From Felis catus (taxonomy: Eukaryota): 64,000 bases of DNA. The stretch lies in contig NC_058368.1 of NCBI RefSeq assembly GCF_018350175.1, forward strand, positions 238,950,001 to 239,014,000, written 5' to 3'. Position 1 is the first letter of the stretch. Each line of letters starts with the position of its first letter. The notes below the pieces were generated by a model. That model was not told the origin of the DNA. It saw only the letters and a list, made by a program, of their open reading frames with translations, and made no database searches. The position numbers and the translations under genes are program-made. This document shows positions 1 through 12,211 of this stretch, one piece after another.

Positions 1-74
1 CTTAAAATCACGAACCATGAGATCGTGACCTGAGCTGAAGTCGACGCTTAACCCACCTAGCCGCCCGCTGCCCC
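1..74 (-). mobile_element. CanSINE (SINEC_Fc-type) 5' tRNA-derived portion, cut by window edge
   Basis: gagatcgtgacctgagctgaagtcgacgcttaacc...gcccc is the reverse complement of the CanSINE head GGGGCGCCTGGGTGGCTCAG...AGGTCACGATCTC. Confidence 0.85.
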
Positions 75-3000
75 TAAACATCCATTGTAATTGACCATCG
101 GATCATAAACCAAACCCAGGTTCATCTGACCCACCTTCCATTGCTGGACCTTCCACCTGTTTCCATTTCCTTACATTGACAAGTCTGGTGGAGTATTGTT
201 TCAAAGTTCCTCTTGGGGCTCTTTGGATGGAGCCAGGAGTGTTGGAGCCTGGAGCTGGCACCATGAAACCATAGAGCAGGAAGGATCTAGAAGGGGAGGC
301 AGGGACTGCCTAAGCCCTGGCCCACATAGCCCCCACTCACCCCCCAGGGAGACAGCAGGAAACTCCATGGCATCCTGTGCTGAGTCCTGGCACACCTGAC
401 TGCATTGAACTGGGTTTCACGGAATAGTCTCCAACAGGTGTGTGGAAACCACTGAGGGAACACAGCCCTGTCCCAGCTCAGCACCTGCCTGTCCAGAGAC
501 CCAAGGAAACTGCCTTTCAACTCTGGGGATGCCTTTATCCAGCTCCTCACGAGGTTCCAACCACCCAGGGAGACTAAAACCCAGAAAGTGTGTTCGTGGC
601 CAGTGCAAGGGGCTGCATGGAGAAATTTGGGGGGAGCCCGGGTGGCTAGGCACTGGACACAGGGGTGGAGGGCCCCCCTGTGCACCGAGCTCTCCATTGC
701 TTGCAGCCCTCCACAGCTTTCTAGAACATTCCAAGGAGGCTTCTGGGCCTCTCAGCCTCAATCCCCAAACCGTAGGCAGCAACTTTGGGGTCAGTTTATC
801 CCTAGAGATGAGGCCAGAGAAGCAGACAGACCAATCTGAGGATGTGCCCATGTCCACTGTGCTGGGCAGCTGGAGAGGTGCCCTGGGATGTCTGGACTTT
901 TCCTAAACCACGGTTCTTGCCAGGGAAGGGGTGGGGGTGGGAAGAGACCTGCGATGTGGGGTGATTTCCCACTTTCCTCAAGACAGGGGAGCTTACCCAT
1001 CCCTGGGAACCAGAGTGGCTGAGGGGTGCTCGCTGTGTGCCTCTGAAGTGCTCTGTTACCTACTATGAGGCGTCCCCTCTCCATCCTGTGGTGTAAGCCA
1101 GCGTCGTGTTGTTTCACTGGCAAGGAAACAGAGTGACCACCTGGGTGCAGTTTTAGGGCACAGGCTCCACACCTGTGCTTTTGTGCCAGTTTTGTGCCAG
1201 GTCCAGCAAACACAGGGGCTCTTGTGCGGCGAGGATGAGCCCACCTCGCCAGTCTCCAGTGAGCCCACTAGACTCACGCATGTGCACCTGCGTGCTCACA
1301 GTCACATACCCTCACACACACGGCCTTCCCCAGCCGGGTGATGGAACCCACCCTTGGCCAGGCTGGAGACATCCCCCACCCAGACAAAGCGGGTGCCCTG
1401 CAAACACACCTCATTCAGAGACTTCATGGAACGTGCCTGTGGTCTGATGTGGCTACTGGTGTCTCCTGAGGGCCACGCTGGGAGGGAGGGAGGGAGGGGC
1501 AGGCGGCCCAGCGGGCACGGTCCTCCCCCCTTCCACCAGCTCCTCCTCCTGAAGAAGCACCTGACGAGGGCTGGCTCGTGCTCACCCACAAACCAAGAGC
1601 CCACCCCCCGCCGTATTTCCAACAGCAAGAGCAGCATTGCTACCTGTGAATTGTCCATGCATCATTTTGCCAACTAACCCCTCTCCTCGGAGTAAAATGA
1701 GATGGGGTGTGAGGCCCCTTCTGGGCTGTTTTAAGGTCAACTATCAAGGGTAGTTTGGGGGGCTCGTGTTAGTATGCTAACCTTGTACGTGGCTAATCGT
1801 AACTCGGAGGAACGGGTGGTGCTGCCTCTGCTCTGGCCCCGGGCCGTGTGGCCAGCAGGGTGGAGGCTGTGGGGGCTGTCCAGGCAGGCGGGGGGACGGG
1901 CCGTGGGTGGCCACGGCTCCAGGCCAGGAGCAAGTCCAGCTGTGTGGACTCCACTTGTCTTTGGGAAGCACTCACGGCACGTGACTCTGCCCCTCATTTC
2001 CGGGAAGGTGAGAGTCCAGGCCTCTGCCGGGGAGGCCTGCAGCTCCAGGGGGCCTCCCCTGGGGGAGTGAGGTCCTCGGAGCGGGAAAATGCACCCACCC
2101 TGGGAAGCGTGGGCGGGGGTTTTGTCTCACCTCGGAGCGCCGGCAAACGTTCCACCGACTTCAGGTGTCAGACGCAATGCAAGCCCCGGATGAAACACAA
2201 GCAGAACCCCTCATGCGGGGCGAGCTCAGCTTTGCTGCCGGCAACCGCATCTCTGTCCAGACGCTTGGCCGCAGCTCAACTCCCACGAGGCCGAGTGTGA
2301 CCCGTTCCTGTCCATGTCCAGTGGAAACCCCTGCCTCCACACCCTGCCTACAGAGCCCGGGAGCCTCCCCCCATCCAGCAGTCTCTGTCCGCGGGCGGGG
2401 TGCCCTGTGTCCCCGAGCCACCCCTGTCCCGGTCAGGGCTTCAGAGGGGGAGAGAGGAACAGAGGCTCCGGTGTCCTGTGGTTGCCAACACCTAAAATCC
2501 AAAGACTTCTCAGGAAGATGGGGACTTCCAACTCCTTCTGGAAGGGGACACGGGACAACTGGGCCTATGTTTGCACACTACAGCAGCATGGGGGCAAAGC
2601 AGCAGTGGCACCATGGGGACAGGCCTGCAAGCTCCCCATGCCTCTGAGCCTTGGCCCTTACCCGGAGATCAGGGACCTTGCCCACCATCTGGGACAGCCA
2701 GCTCCACTGCGGGCACACTGCATCCCATAACCACCCTGCATCTTCTTGCTGTGGACTTAGGGTCTTCCCAGTGGGAGCTGCCTCTGCGCCCACCCCCTGC
2801 CTTCCCTCCCACTACCTACTCGGCTGCTAAGGGAGAGATGCAGGGCAAGTGAGGGATGGACCTCAGGTGTCACCCCACCTCCGTTGGGTCTGGGGACCTG
2901 CAGCCCGCTCTCTACCTCTGAGACTCTAGTGAGCACAGGGCTCAGGGGTCCTTTGGACCAGGCAGAGTGTGGCCACACAGAGCCCCTGCCCCCCACCCTG

Positions 3001-4369
3001 GTCCTTTGCCCACGAGCCTAGGTCAGCCAGCCCTAACGTCTCCAGAGAGCTGGCCACCCCCAGCCTGCACCGATCCCCGCAGATCCCCACGGGGCGGGAT
3101 TCCCTGTTGGGCTGAGAGTCATCACGTGGCAGAGCTTGGCAAACACAAGGAGAAAGGTCAGGTGCTGCCCACTCTTGTGGCTCGTGTGTTACGTCCACCG
3201 TAAAGCGGGCAGCATGGAGGGCGGGAACACCGGTCTGCGAGATGCTGTTCTTGTTGCGCGACACAGCTGGGGGCAGGGACCGTCTCTAGCAGGCCAGCCG
3301 GCCTGTGAACCAGCAGGCGCCGTGGGCAGGCCCACGAGTTTGTGTGGCCGGGCAAGCCGCTCTCCGAACCACAGATTTCCCCGTCGCTAAAAACTTAGCA
3401 GGGTTTTGAGGCAACCGGCGCTTCCCTACCTCTTCAATTTTGCCGATTTCCATTTCGGACTGACAAGAAGTAAGCAGGAGGCTACCATGGCATTTTGGGG
3501 TAGAGTTTTGATCTTCTGGAAAAAAGAATAAGTGTAGGTGGCACATGCCACGCCCCCCCCTCCTTGTCTTGAACACAGTTGTGATGCCTGGGGTTGCAGC
3601 AGTTATTTGGGGACAATGAGGGGAAAATTGGCATTGCACAGGTTCCCAGCCTGGGCTCCAACCCAATGCCAGTCCCAGCTACCCCGAGCCTTCTAGCTGT
3701 GAGAAGACCCCAGTGTGCAGTGACCCTACTACAGCCAAACGCATCCCCCCCTGCTGTGGTGGGCGAGCCACGCGTGGCACAGGCTGCGCCGGGTGGTGAG
3801 TGTGCAGTCAAGGATGTCCCCAAGACGTGATATTCCACAAGGCAGATGTGGAGGGGCTCCCTTTCTGCCTGGGGGAGAGAGACAGGCTCCCAGAAGAGGG
3901 GCGGACGGGGCATGGAGGTGGGTGTTGCCAGCAGAGTGGGGAGGAAGGGGCTCTCCTGTACCTGAGGCTCAGTCAGAGAGGAAGAGACGCCTGGGGTGGG
4001 CACGGCCCTCCCTCTGCTCTGGGCTTGAGCTCAGTTCCAAACCTGGCCAAGTCCAGGCGGTTTGTGTAGATGATGGAGCAGACGGGGCCAAGTATATGCA
4101 GAAACCGGAAACAATTGACTGGTTTCCCGGCTACAAAGTGAGCGAGAATTCCGACAGCCAGGCCTCCTGCCCTTCATGCATAATCACCAACAGTTAAGAC
4201 AAAGAGTGACGAGACTCCCAGAACAGGGACCAAGCCTCCACTTATCACTGTGGGTACTGCCCAGAACAAAACCAAAGCGGAAGGTCTTGCCTACAAAGAG
4301 CTTATAGTTTAGCTGATAGTGGGTACCCGAAAAGGCTGTTTTGGGAAAACATTTGTGAAACTAGAAGTA

Positions 4370-4763
4370 CTCTTCTCTCCCCCCAACAAAATCCATGTAA
4401 AATCTCTCGAACCTCAATGAGATTAATTTAAGGATCTTGGGAGGAGTTTGTCCTGGATTTTCTGGAGGGCCCTAAATGCAATCACATAAAAGAAGAGAAG
4501 ACACGAGAAACACACTCTGGTCCCCATGGGACGAGGGAGGCGGAGGTCACAGGGACACGGCCAGGGGGAGCCCAGGGACGCCTGGGGCACTAGCAGCTGG
4601 AAGAGGCAGGAAGAACCCTCCCTGGAGCCTCCAGAGGGAGCACAACCCCACCAGTGACTTGACCTCAGACATCAGGCCCCACAGCAGGAGAGAGTAGATT
4701 TGTGGTGTTTTAAGCCATGAGTCTGTGGTGATTGCTCACAGCGGCCACGGGAGTCGAAATACA
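4370..4763 (+). mobile_element. MaLR solo LTR (MLT1C/D-like)
   Basis: Typical MLT1 blocks: ggccctaaatgcaatcaca, agctggaagaggcaggaag, ctggagcctccagaggga, gtgttttaagcca, ending ...aataca. Confidence 0.8.
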
Positions 4764-6023
4764 AAATGACCTCAGAAATTGCCTTGATCAGCCCCTTCAT
4801 ACGCAGAGAGTTGATTTTTGCAGGTGTGAAATGCCTTACGTAAGCTCCCAAGATGGTCAGTTGTCTTTATTTTCGAAGACACTGCTCCGCGGTGCTCTTG
4901 TCCAGTCTGTGTTGTATGGTGGGTTGAAGGAAGACATTTCCACGGGGTCTGCCTCCTCCCACATCTCAGGAGAGCCCGGGCGGGGCGGGGAGACCACGCC
5001 CCTGACAAGCGTTCCAGGACACTGGGCAATAGGACCAACCTCGGGACAGGGCAGAGCCGTCCTCAGAGGAGGCTGAGAAGCAGGCCCTCAGGGGTCGATT
5101 CCCCCGTGTTGGGCCAGGCAGGTTGCCCGTGTTGTCTCGGTCAGTAGCCATGAGGATCCCATGAAGGTGCTACGGGATGGAAGATCCTCTCTCCCACACC
5201 CATTCTACGGGGGAGCGAACTGAGGCTGGAAGGAGCCATGAAACTTGCTCAGATCCAAACCCAGCTCCGCCTCCTGCCCTGAGCTCTTCCCCACTAATGG
5301 AGACCGCCTCCCACGGAGACCCCTGGAGGGCAGGGAGGGTCATGTGGGGCCACCTCACTCCACTTTCCTCCAGACGCCCGCAAAAGCCTGAGTTGTCTCC
5401 TGCGGCTTATACACTGTTTTCTGTACTCATTTAACTGCCAAAAACCATTTTCAGAACTCAGTCCCTGTAAATATTTTTTCAAAGGTCCCTTTTCAGTCTC
5501 AAGGAGCAGGAAGCAGTATGCTTTTAAAAACCAATTAGCCACACATTTTTGCTCATTAAATAAATATTTTTACTTTGGACCCAGTTGACGTCTCAGTTAC
5601 ACAGAACAATGAGGCTGACTCACCTGTTTGCGCCTCGGTTGCCCCTTTTCTCCCCGAACCTTTGAAGTCCCTGTGAGGCTGCGACACCTGGCCCATGCGT
5701 GGGGCCCGGCCCGACCCACAGGCACCACCTGAATTCTCACCCAACTCTCAGGTGTTTGAGACGCTTTCGATATGCTAGCACATCAGTCTTCTTGGAACAC
5801 TAAGGAGGTTCGTGCTGCAGGACTTGGCCTGCGGAGGAAAGTGACTGAGACGTGAAATGAGTGGACAGGACCTCCAAGAAAGTTGTGCCCTGGAGCCCCT
5901 CCTGGCGGTTTCGGCCTGTTCTCCAGCCCTGACTCCCCTTGCTTCCTGACACCTCTACTCTGTGGTTGCTTGTACCCACGGAAGACAGGTGGCTGAGGCC
6001 AGTTCCTTCTGTGGAAGGAGCCT

Positions 6024-6080
6024 TCATTCACCTATTCAACAGGTGTTCACGAGTGCCTGTTCTAGGCGCTGGCCACACAG
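6024..6080 (-). mobile_element. L2 3' end relic
   Basis: tcattcacctattcaacaggtgttcacgagtgcctg resembles the L2 tail (ttcattcaacaaatatttattgagcacct). Confidence 0.5.
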
Positions 6081-6675
6081 TGGGGCTTTGTTTCCACTGA
6101 GCAGAGGCCGGAACGTGGCATCGGGAAACGCTACAGTGTGCCACAAGCTGAGCCGTGCCACGGAAACAAGAGACGGGAACAGGACAGGAACACAGGTGCC
6201 GGGCACGTTGTGGTTTTGAATACGCGCAGGATAGACCCGATCCGGGAGGCAGGGTTTAGACAGGGTTACACCACAGCAGGGTTAACTCTTTACACCGGGG
6301 ACCGTGCAGGACAGCATCTGAGCCTCGCGGGAGAGCCAGGCGCTCATCCAGGTGCACTGGGGTCAGGCGGGTGGCACCTCAGCCAGCTGTGCAAGGGAGA
6401 CGCGCTCACCCACCGGGCCCCCACTGACCGGCATCAGCACCTCCCGAAACCAAAGTGCCAACTGAGAATTTGTCCTCATCCTTTCTACCCCCGACTTCGT
6501 ACCTGAAATTATTCTTCTGCTGACCTCCACTGAATCCACCTCCCCACTTACCTATCCGGTGGCCTTCGTCCTTCTTCATGTTTGTGTGGACTCACAGCAT
6601 ACCAGACCAATGGCAGGTTGTACACAAAGATGTATTTAATTTAGTTTTCTTAAATAAATGTCACATCAGTTATTT

Positions 6676-6888
6676 GTTTTTAAATATTTATTTTTTTTTG
6701 AGAAAGAGAGAGAACACTCATTCAAGGGGGAAAGGGCAGAGAGAGAGAGAGGGAGAGAGAGAATCCTAAGCAGGCGCCACACTGTCAGTGCAGAGCCCTA
6801 TGTGAGGCTCTATTTCAGACCCTGGGATCATGACCTGAGCCAAGATCAAGGGTCGGACGTTCAACCAACTGAGCCACCCAGGCACCCC
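6676..6888 (-). mobile_element. CanSINE, full length
   Basis: T-rich tail, (GA)n, head ending gagccacccaggcacccc; target-site duplication (TSD) acatcagttattt / acattagttattt. Confidence 0.93.
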
Positions 6889-7299
6889 TGCTACATTAGT
6901 TATTTAAATAGTCGACTGGTAAGTTTAATACACTTGCATAGAAATAACTGTAGGTATTAGAAGAGTAAATAAAGATTCGGAGCCAAACCCTAAAGAAACA
7001 GAATAGGCAAATAATTGAAATATGTAAGCAAGTGTCTTTCAATTTGTAGTGGCTCTCAATTTAGTCGTTCACACCCTCATAGCTTTATTACTTTATTACC
7101 ATTGGAAATATTAATTGGATTCAACCAGTTCATTTCCTACTTCTTGAAGTAAACTAGAATGGACTCACGGGATAACTTCTAACCCACACTGAAGGTTGCA
7201 TGTCATTCAATTCAGCCGGCACATCATGAGACCGAACTAGAAAGTTGGTGAAAACCGCGACGTAGGAGCTGGAAAGAAGCAAGCGGTAGAAGCCTTGGA

Positions 7300-7880
7300 A
7301 GGGCCGCGTGGCTAGAGCGGCTGAGAAGGGAGGGCGCGGAATGTCAGCCTTTGGGAGCCAGACGACTGATCCCAGGAAGGGATTTAAAATAGCCCCCAAC
7401 TTTGGGGAAGCTGACACGGAAGCACAGATGCGGGAAGCCACGGCGATGCTCTGTCCACGCGGTGACGGCAAACGTGGGAGGGGCGGGGAAGAGGCAGGTC
7501 CACGTACCCCTGGGGGGGCCTCTGCAACTCTGGGAGTCCGGGAAACTGTCCCAAAGAAGAAACCTCACTGGAAGGCATGCGTGGAAAGAGGACATCAAGT
7601 GCTGGAAACACAAGCCAGAGTGACCGGCTCTGAGGCATCTATTAACAAAACCGGTGGACTTGGAAGAAGAAGAGAAATGACTTGGTCAGAAGACAAAAAA
7701 CCCAGCCCACTTTTCAAGGAAAGAAAACCAGAGAGTCCTCTTTTTTTTGCCAGAAGGTAATGGAGTGTCATATTTAAGATAACCAAGGAAAGAGCATCTA
7801 GGCCAGGGACCCTGCGCCCTGCCCAACTGACCCACACTGCTAACAGAAGGGCCACAGGCAGACCCGAACCCCTCAGAACT
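7300..7880 (+). mobile_element. Decayed L1M ORF1 fragment
   Basis: gccagaaggtaatggagtgtcatatttaagataaccaaggaaaga...gccctgcccaactga resembles the L1 ORF1 C-terminal coding region. Confidence 0.55.
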
Positions 7881-7896
7881 CAGGGAATCCGTGCGT

Positions 7897-8087
7897 GTGG
7901 TCAGCCAACATTGCCTTGGGGGCTGGATGGTAAATATTTTAAGCTCTATGGGTCAAGAGGCAAATTGAAGATATTATAAAGATGCTTACCTAACCACCTA
8001 AAATATAAAAACCTGGTCTTCCTTGGGGATTCATAGAGACAAGTGGGGGGCTTGATTTCGCCAGGAGTCATGGTTTGTTGAGCTCTG
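7897..8087 (+). mobile_element. hAT-Charlie MITE (MER58C-like)
   Basis: ggatggtaaatattttaagctctatgggtcaagaggcaaattgaagatattata ... gatttcgccaggagtcatggtttgttgagctctg matches MER58 internal and terminal motifs. Confidence 0.7.
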
Positions 8088-8947
8088 TGCTACAGAATTA
8101 GCCTCAGACAACCAAACGGTGCGGAGACGTCAACTACAGAATTTGGAATCTGCGTTTGGAGTCAAGATTCTAAACACAGAACTTGGAATTCAGAATCTGA
8201 ACCCAGAACGTAAACTGACAGCTTAGAAACAGGATCCAAAATGCAAATCAAAAGGACAGGCTGAGATGTTAGTTGCCAATATTGACAACACTTCCGAAAC
8301 TTTTAAAACTTATACTCTTTCCTTTTCATTTTAATTTGGTTAATTAATTTATATGCATACCATAGAACTTACTTTTTTCTAATAAAAAGAAATGATCAGG
8401 ACACAAAATAATTTCATCATGCCAGAAACTTCCTTTGGGCTTCCCTGGTGGAGTCAAACCCTTCTGCCACCGCAAACTCCTGGAAACTCGCATCTGTTTC
8501 CCCGTCTCTAAAGTTTTGCCTTTTGTGAAATGTCACAAAACATGAGCCTTTTTAGACTGGCCTCTTTCGCCCAGAGGGTGTCCATGGCTTCATCTAAGTT
8601 GTTACACATGGAGAGCTAGTTCCTTTTGTTACTGAGCAGTATCCCCTTGTGCAGGTGTCCACACTTCATCCATTCACCTGCTGAGACACATTCAGTTGTT
8701 TCCAGCTTTGGGTGGTCATGAATAAAGCTGGTATAAATAGTTGCGCACAGATTTTTCTGTGAGGTAAGTTTTCACTTCTCTGGGGATGGGATTACTGAAT
8801 TGCATGGTAGTGAATGTGTAGCATTAAAAGACGCTGCCACTTCTCCAGAGGACCTGTGTCACCTTTCAATTCCCACCTCAACGGAAGAGACTTCCAGGTG
8901 CCCTGCACCCTCACCAGCACTTGATGCTGTCAAGTGTTTGCTTGCTC

Positions 8948-9039
8948 TTCCTTCCTTTCTTCCTTCCTTCCTTCCTTCCTTCCTTCCTTCCTTCCTTCCT
9001 TCCTTTCCTCCTTTCTTCCTTCCTTCCTTTCCTCCTTTC

Positions 9040-9091
<52 letters not shown>

Positions 9092-9208
9092 TCCTCCTTC
9101 CTTCCTTCCTTCCTTTCTTTCTTCCTTCCTTTCTTTCTTTCCTTCTTTCTTCCTTCTTTCCTTTCTTTCCTTTTCCTCCTTCCTTCCTTTCTCTTTCTTT
9201 CTTCCTTC

Positions 9209-9247
<39 letters not shown>

Positions 9248-9297
9248 TCCTCCTTTCTTCCTTCCTTCCTTCCTTCCTTTCTTCCTTTCTTTCCTTT

Positions 9298-9360
<63 letters not shown>
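8948..9360. repeat. Compound (TTCC)n/(TTTC)n microsatellite, about 410 bp, pure polypyrimidine
   Basis: Directly visible; source of the spurious FLSF and RKKE ORFs. Confidence 0.98.
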
Positions 9361-10066
9361 CCCCCCTCCCCCCCGTGTGCTAATTCTGATGGACACAGGC
9401 AGCACCATACTGTGAGGTTCCTTTTCATTCTGCCTCGACTAACAGTGTTGAACAACTCTGTGTGTGCTTATCTGCCATCCCAAATTCTTGGCTGAAGTAT
9501 CCATTCAAATCTTTTGCCTTTGGGTATTGGGTTGTTTAGCAGTTCTTAGTATATTGTGGATGCAAATCCCTTGTCAGATGCATGGCTCACAGATGTTGCC
9601 CTTTGGCCTGTGCCTTGCCTTTTCACTCTCTTAATAGCATATTTTGCAGAGCAAAACATTTGATTCTTGTGAGGTCCACTTTATCCATTTTCTCTCTCAC
9701 GGTTTGTGCTTTGGTGTCATGTCTAAGAATTCAATTTCTCATCCAAAGTAAAAACATTTTCTCCTTTGTTTTCTTCTAAAGTCTTATAGTTTTAGATTTT
9801 GCATTTACATTTTTGATCCATTTTGAGTTAATTTTTACAGATCAGTGTGTCTATCAGCATTCATCTTCTTGCATGTGGACGTCCAATTGTTTCAACACTA
9901 TGTGTTGATAAGCTGATCCTTTCTCCATTGAACTGCCTTTGCATTGATTATAAAAATCAATGGGCCTTATTGTGTGCGTCTATTTCTAGACCCTCTACTT
10001 CCTGTTGATTTATGTATCTGTCTTTTTGCCAATACCACATTGTCTTTATATCCTTCACAGTAAGTC

Positions 10067-10460
10067 TTTTTTTTTTAAAAAGCTTATATAGGGGCGCCTG
10101 GGTGGCGCAGTTGGTTAAGCGTCCGACTTCAGCCAGGTCACGATCTCGCGGTCCGGGAGTTCGAGCCCCGCGTCGGGCTCTGGGCTGATGGCTCAGAGCC
10201 TGGAGCCTGTTTCCGATTCTGTGTCTCCCTCTCTCTCTGCCCCTCCCCCGTTCATGCTCTGTCTCTCTCTGTCCCAAAAATAAATAAACGTGGAAAAAAA
10301 ATTAAAAAAAAAAAAGCTTATATATTTATTTTGAGAGAGAGGGAGAGAGAGAATCCCAAGCAGGCTCTGCACTGTCAGCACAGGGCCTGATGTGGGGCTC
10401 AAACCCACAAACTGTGAGACCATGACCTGAGGCTTGACCCACTGAGCCACCCAGACGCCC
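10067..10460 (-). mobile_element. Older CanSINE interrupted by a younger SINE
   Basis: T tail at 10067, body 10325-10460; TSD ccttcacagtaagtctt / ccttcacggtaagtctt. Confidence 0.88.
10091..10315 (+). mobile_element. Young SINEC_Fc, full length, CpGs intact
   Basis: ggggcgcctgggtggcgcag, B-box gagttcgagccc, (CT)n, aataaa, poly(A); perfect TSD aaaaagcttatata. Confidence 0.97.
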
Positions 10461-10778
10461 TGCCTTCACGGTAAGTCTTAAAATCAGATAATGTGACGTC
10501 TCCAACTTTGCTCTTCTATTTTAAAATTGATTTAACTAATCCAGTCCTATGCCTTTCCATAAAAGTTTTCGAACATGCCTCTTTATCTAGAAAAAAAACT
10601 TGCTGGGGTTTTTGTTGTAATTGCATTAAACCCATAGATCAATTTGGGGGATAGTTTTCCAATCAATGAACATGTTAAAGCGGTCTTAAGGAGTAAGTCT
10701 TCTTTGGCTGCTTTCATCAGCATAAAGATCTGGTTCATGTTTTGTTAAGTATATATATATTTCATTTCCTCTGCAGAA

Positions 10779-10995
10779 TTTTTTTTTTTAAATTTATTTA
10801 GTTTTGAGAGACAGAGAGAGACAGAGCATGAGTGGGGAAGGGACAGAGACAGAGAAGGAGACACAGAATCTGAAGCAGGCTCCAGGCTCCGAGCCATCAG
10901 CACAGAGCCTGATGCAGGGCTCGAACTCATGAACAGCGAGATCATGACCTGAGCCAAAGTCAGACACTTAACCGACTGAGCCACCCAGGCACCCC
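10779..10995 (-). mobile_element. CanSINE
   Basis: Full antisense body with poly(T); degenerate TSD ctctgcagaatt / ctctgtagcaatt. Confidence 0.95.
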
Positions 10996-11367
10996 TCTGT
11001 AGCAATTGTGAATGACACTGAGCTGTAAATCTCAGTGTCCACATGTCCACCGTTAGTACGTAAGAGTATGACATATGAGTACTGGTCTTGTATTCTGTGA
11101 CCTTGCCAAACTTGTTTATTAGCTCTGAATATCATTATATTTTGTAAATTCCTTGGGTTTTCTACCCAAACAATTATAACATCTGCAAATAGGTATGGTC
11201 TTATTCCTTCCATGTCTGAATGTCTTTATCTTCCTTTACCCTTACCTTGCTTTCTCACCCTAGCATGGGGTTGGAAAGGGGTGGAAAGAGCAGGTGTACT
11301 TTTCTTGTTCCAGATCTTTGGGAGAACATGTTCAGTTCTTTGCCATTAAGCACATTAACTGCAGATC

Positions 11368-11570
11368 TTTTTCTATTATTATTTTAGAGTGAGAGAGACC
11401 ATGAGTGAGGGGAGAGAGGCAGAGGGAGTGAAAGAGAAAGAGAGAATTTCAAGCAGGCTCCATGCTCAGCATGGAGCCCGACACAGGGCTTGATCCCACG
11501 ACCCTGGGATCATGACCTGTGCTGAAATCAAGAGTCAGACACTCAACCAATTGAACCACCCAGGTGCCCC
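11368..11570 (-). mobile_element. CanSINE (older subfamily with gaaatcaagagtcagac)
   Basis: Antisense body; TSD ctgcagatctt / ctgtagatctt. Confidence 0.92.
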
Positions 11571-12023
11571 AGCTGTAGATCTTCTAATAGATGCCCTTTA
11601 TCAGACTAAGGAAGTTCCCTCTTTCTACTTTGCTGAGAGTTCTTGTCATGAATGAATCTTGAAGTTTGTCACTTTTTTTTTTTTTTGCATTATTTGAAAT
11701 GATCATGGAGTTTTTCTTCTTTCATATGTTAATATGGAGGATTGTGCTGGTTGAATTTCATAGGTTTAAGCAGCCTTTTACCCCGCTTGTCACTATGCAT
11801 TATTGCTTTTATATATTGTTTACCTGATTTGCTAATATATTGATGAGTGTTTTTATATCTGGGTTTGCCAGAGATATTTGTGTGTTGTTTCATTTCTTAT
11901 ATTGACATGTACCTGGTTTTGTTGTCAGTGAACAGCTGGCATCATGACATCAGTTGGGAAGTGTTTCTCCTCCTCTATTTTCTGAAAGAGATTGTATAGA
12001 ATTGGTAGTATTTCTTCTTTAAA

Positions 12024-12211
12024 TTTTTTTTAAATGTTTATTTATCTTTTGAGAGACACAGAGACAGAATGCAAGTGGGTTAGGGGCAGAGAAAGAGAGG
12101 GAGACACAGAATCCAAAGCAGGCTCCAGGCCCTGAGCTGTCAGTACAGAGCCCGACACAAGGCTCGAACTCATGAGCTGGGAGATCATGACCTGAGCCAC
12201 TCAGGCACCCC
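12024..12211 (-). mobile_element. CanSINE with 27-bp internal deletion
   Basis: Antisense body; TSD tcttctttaaat. Confidence 0.93.

Noticed and set aside
4057..4137. 81-nt phase-0 exon AVCVDDGADGAKYMQKPETIDWFPGYK
   Set aside because: Donor is plausible but the acceptor lacks a pyrimidine tract and no homolog is recognised
8136..8189. acagaa(t/c)ttggaat repeated at 40-bp spacing
   Set aside because: Only two short copies with no further structure
8800..9495. Long F/L/S-rich and K/E/R-rich ORFs
   Set aside because: Translations of the TTTC/TTCC microsatellite
10091..10170. tRNA gene (A/B boxes)
   Set aside because: tRNA-derived head of a CanSINE followed by (CT)n and poly(A); the same applies to the other SINE copies
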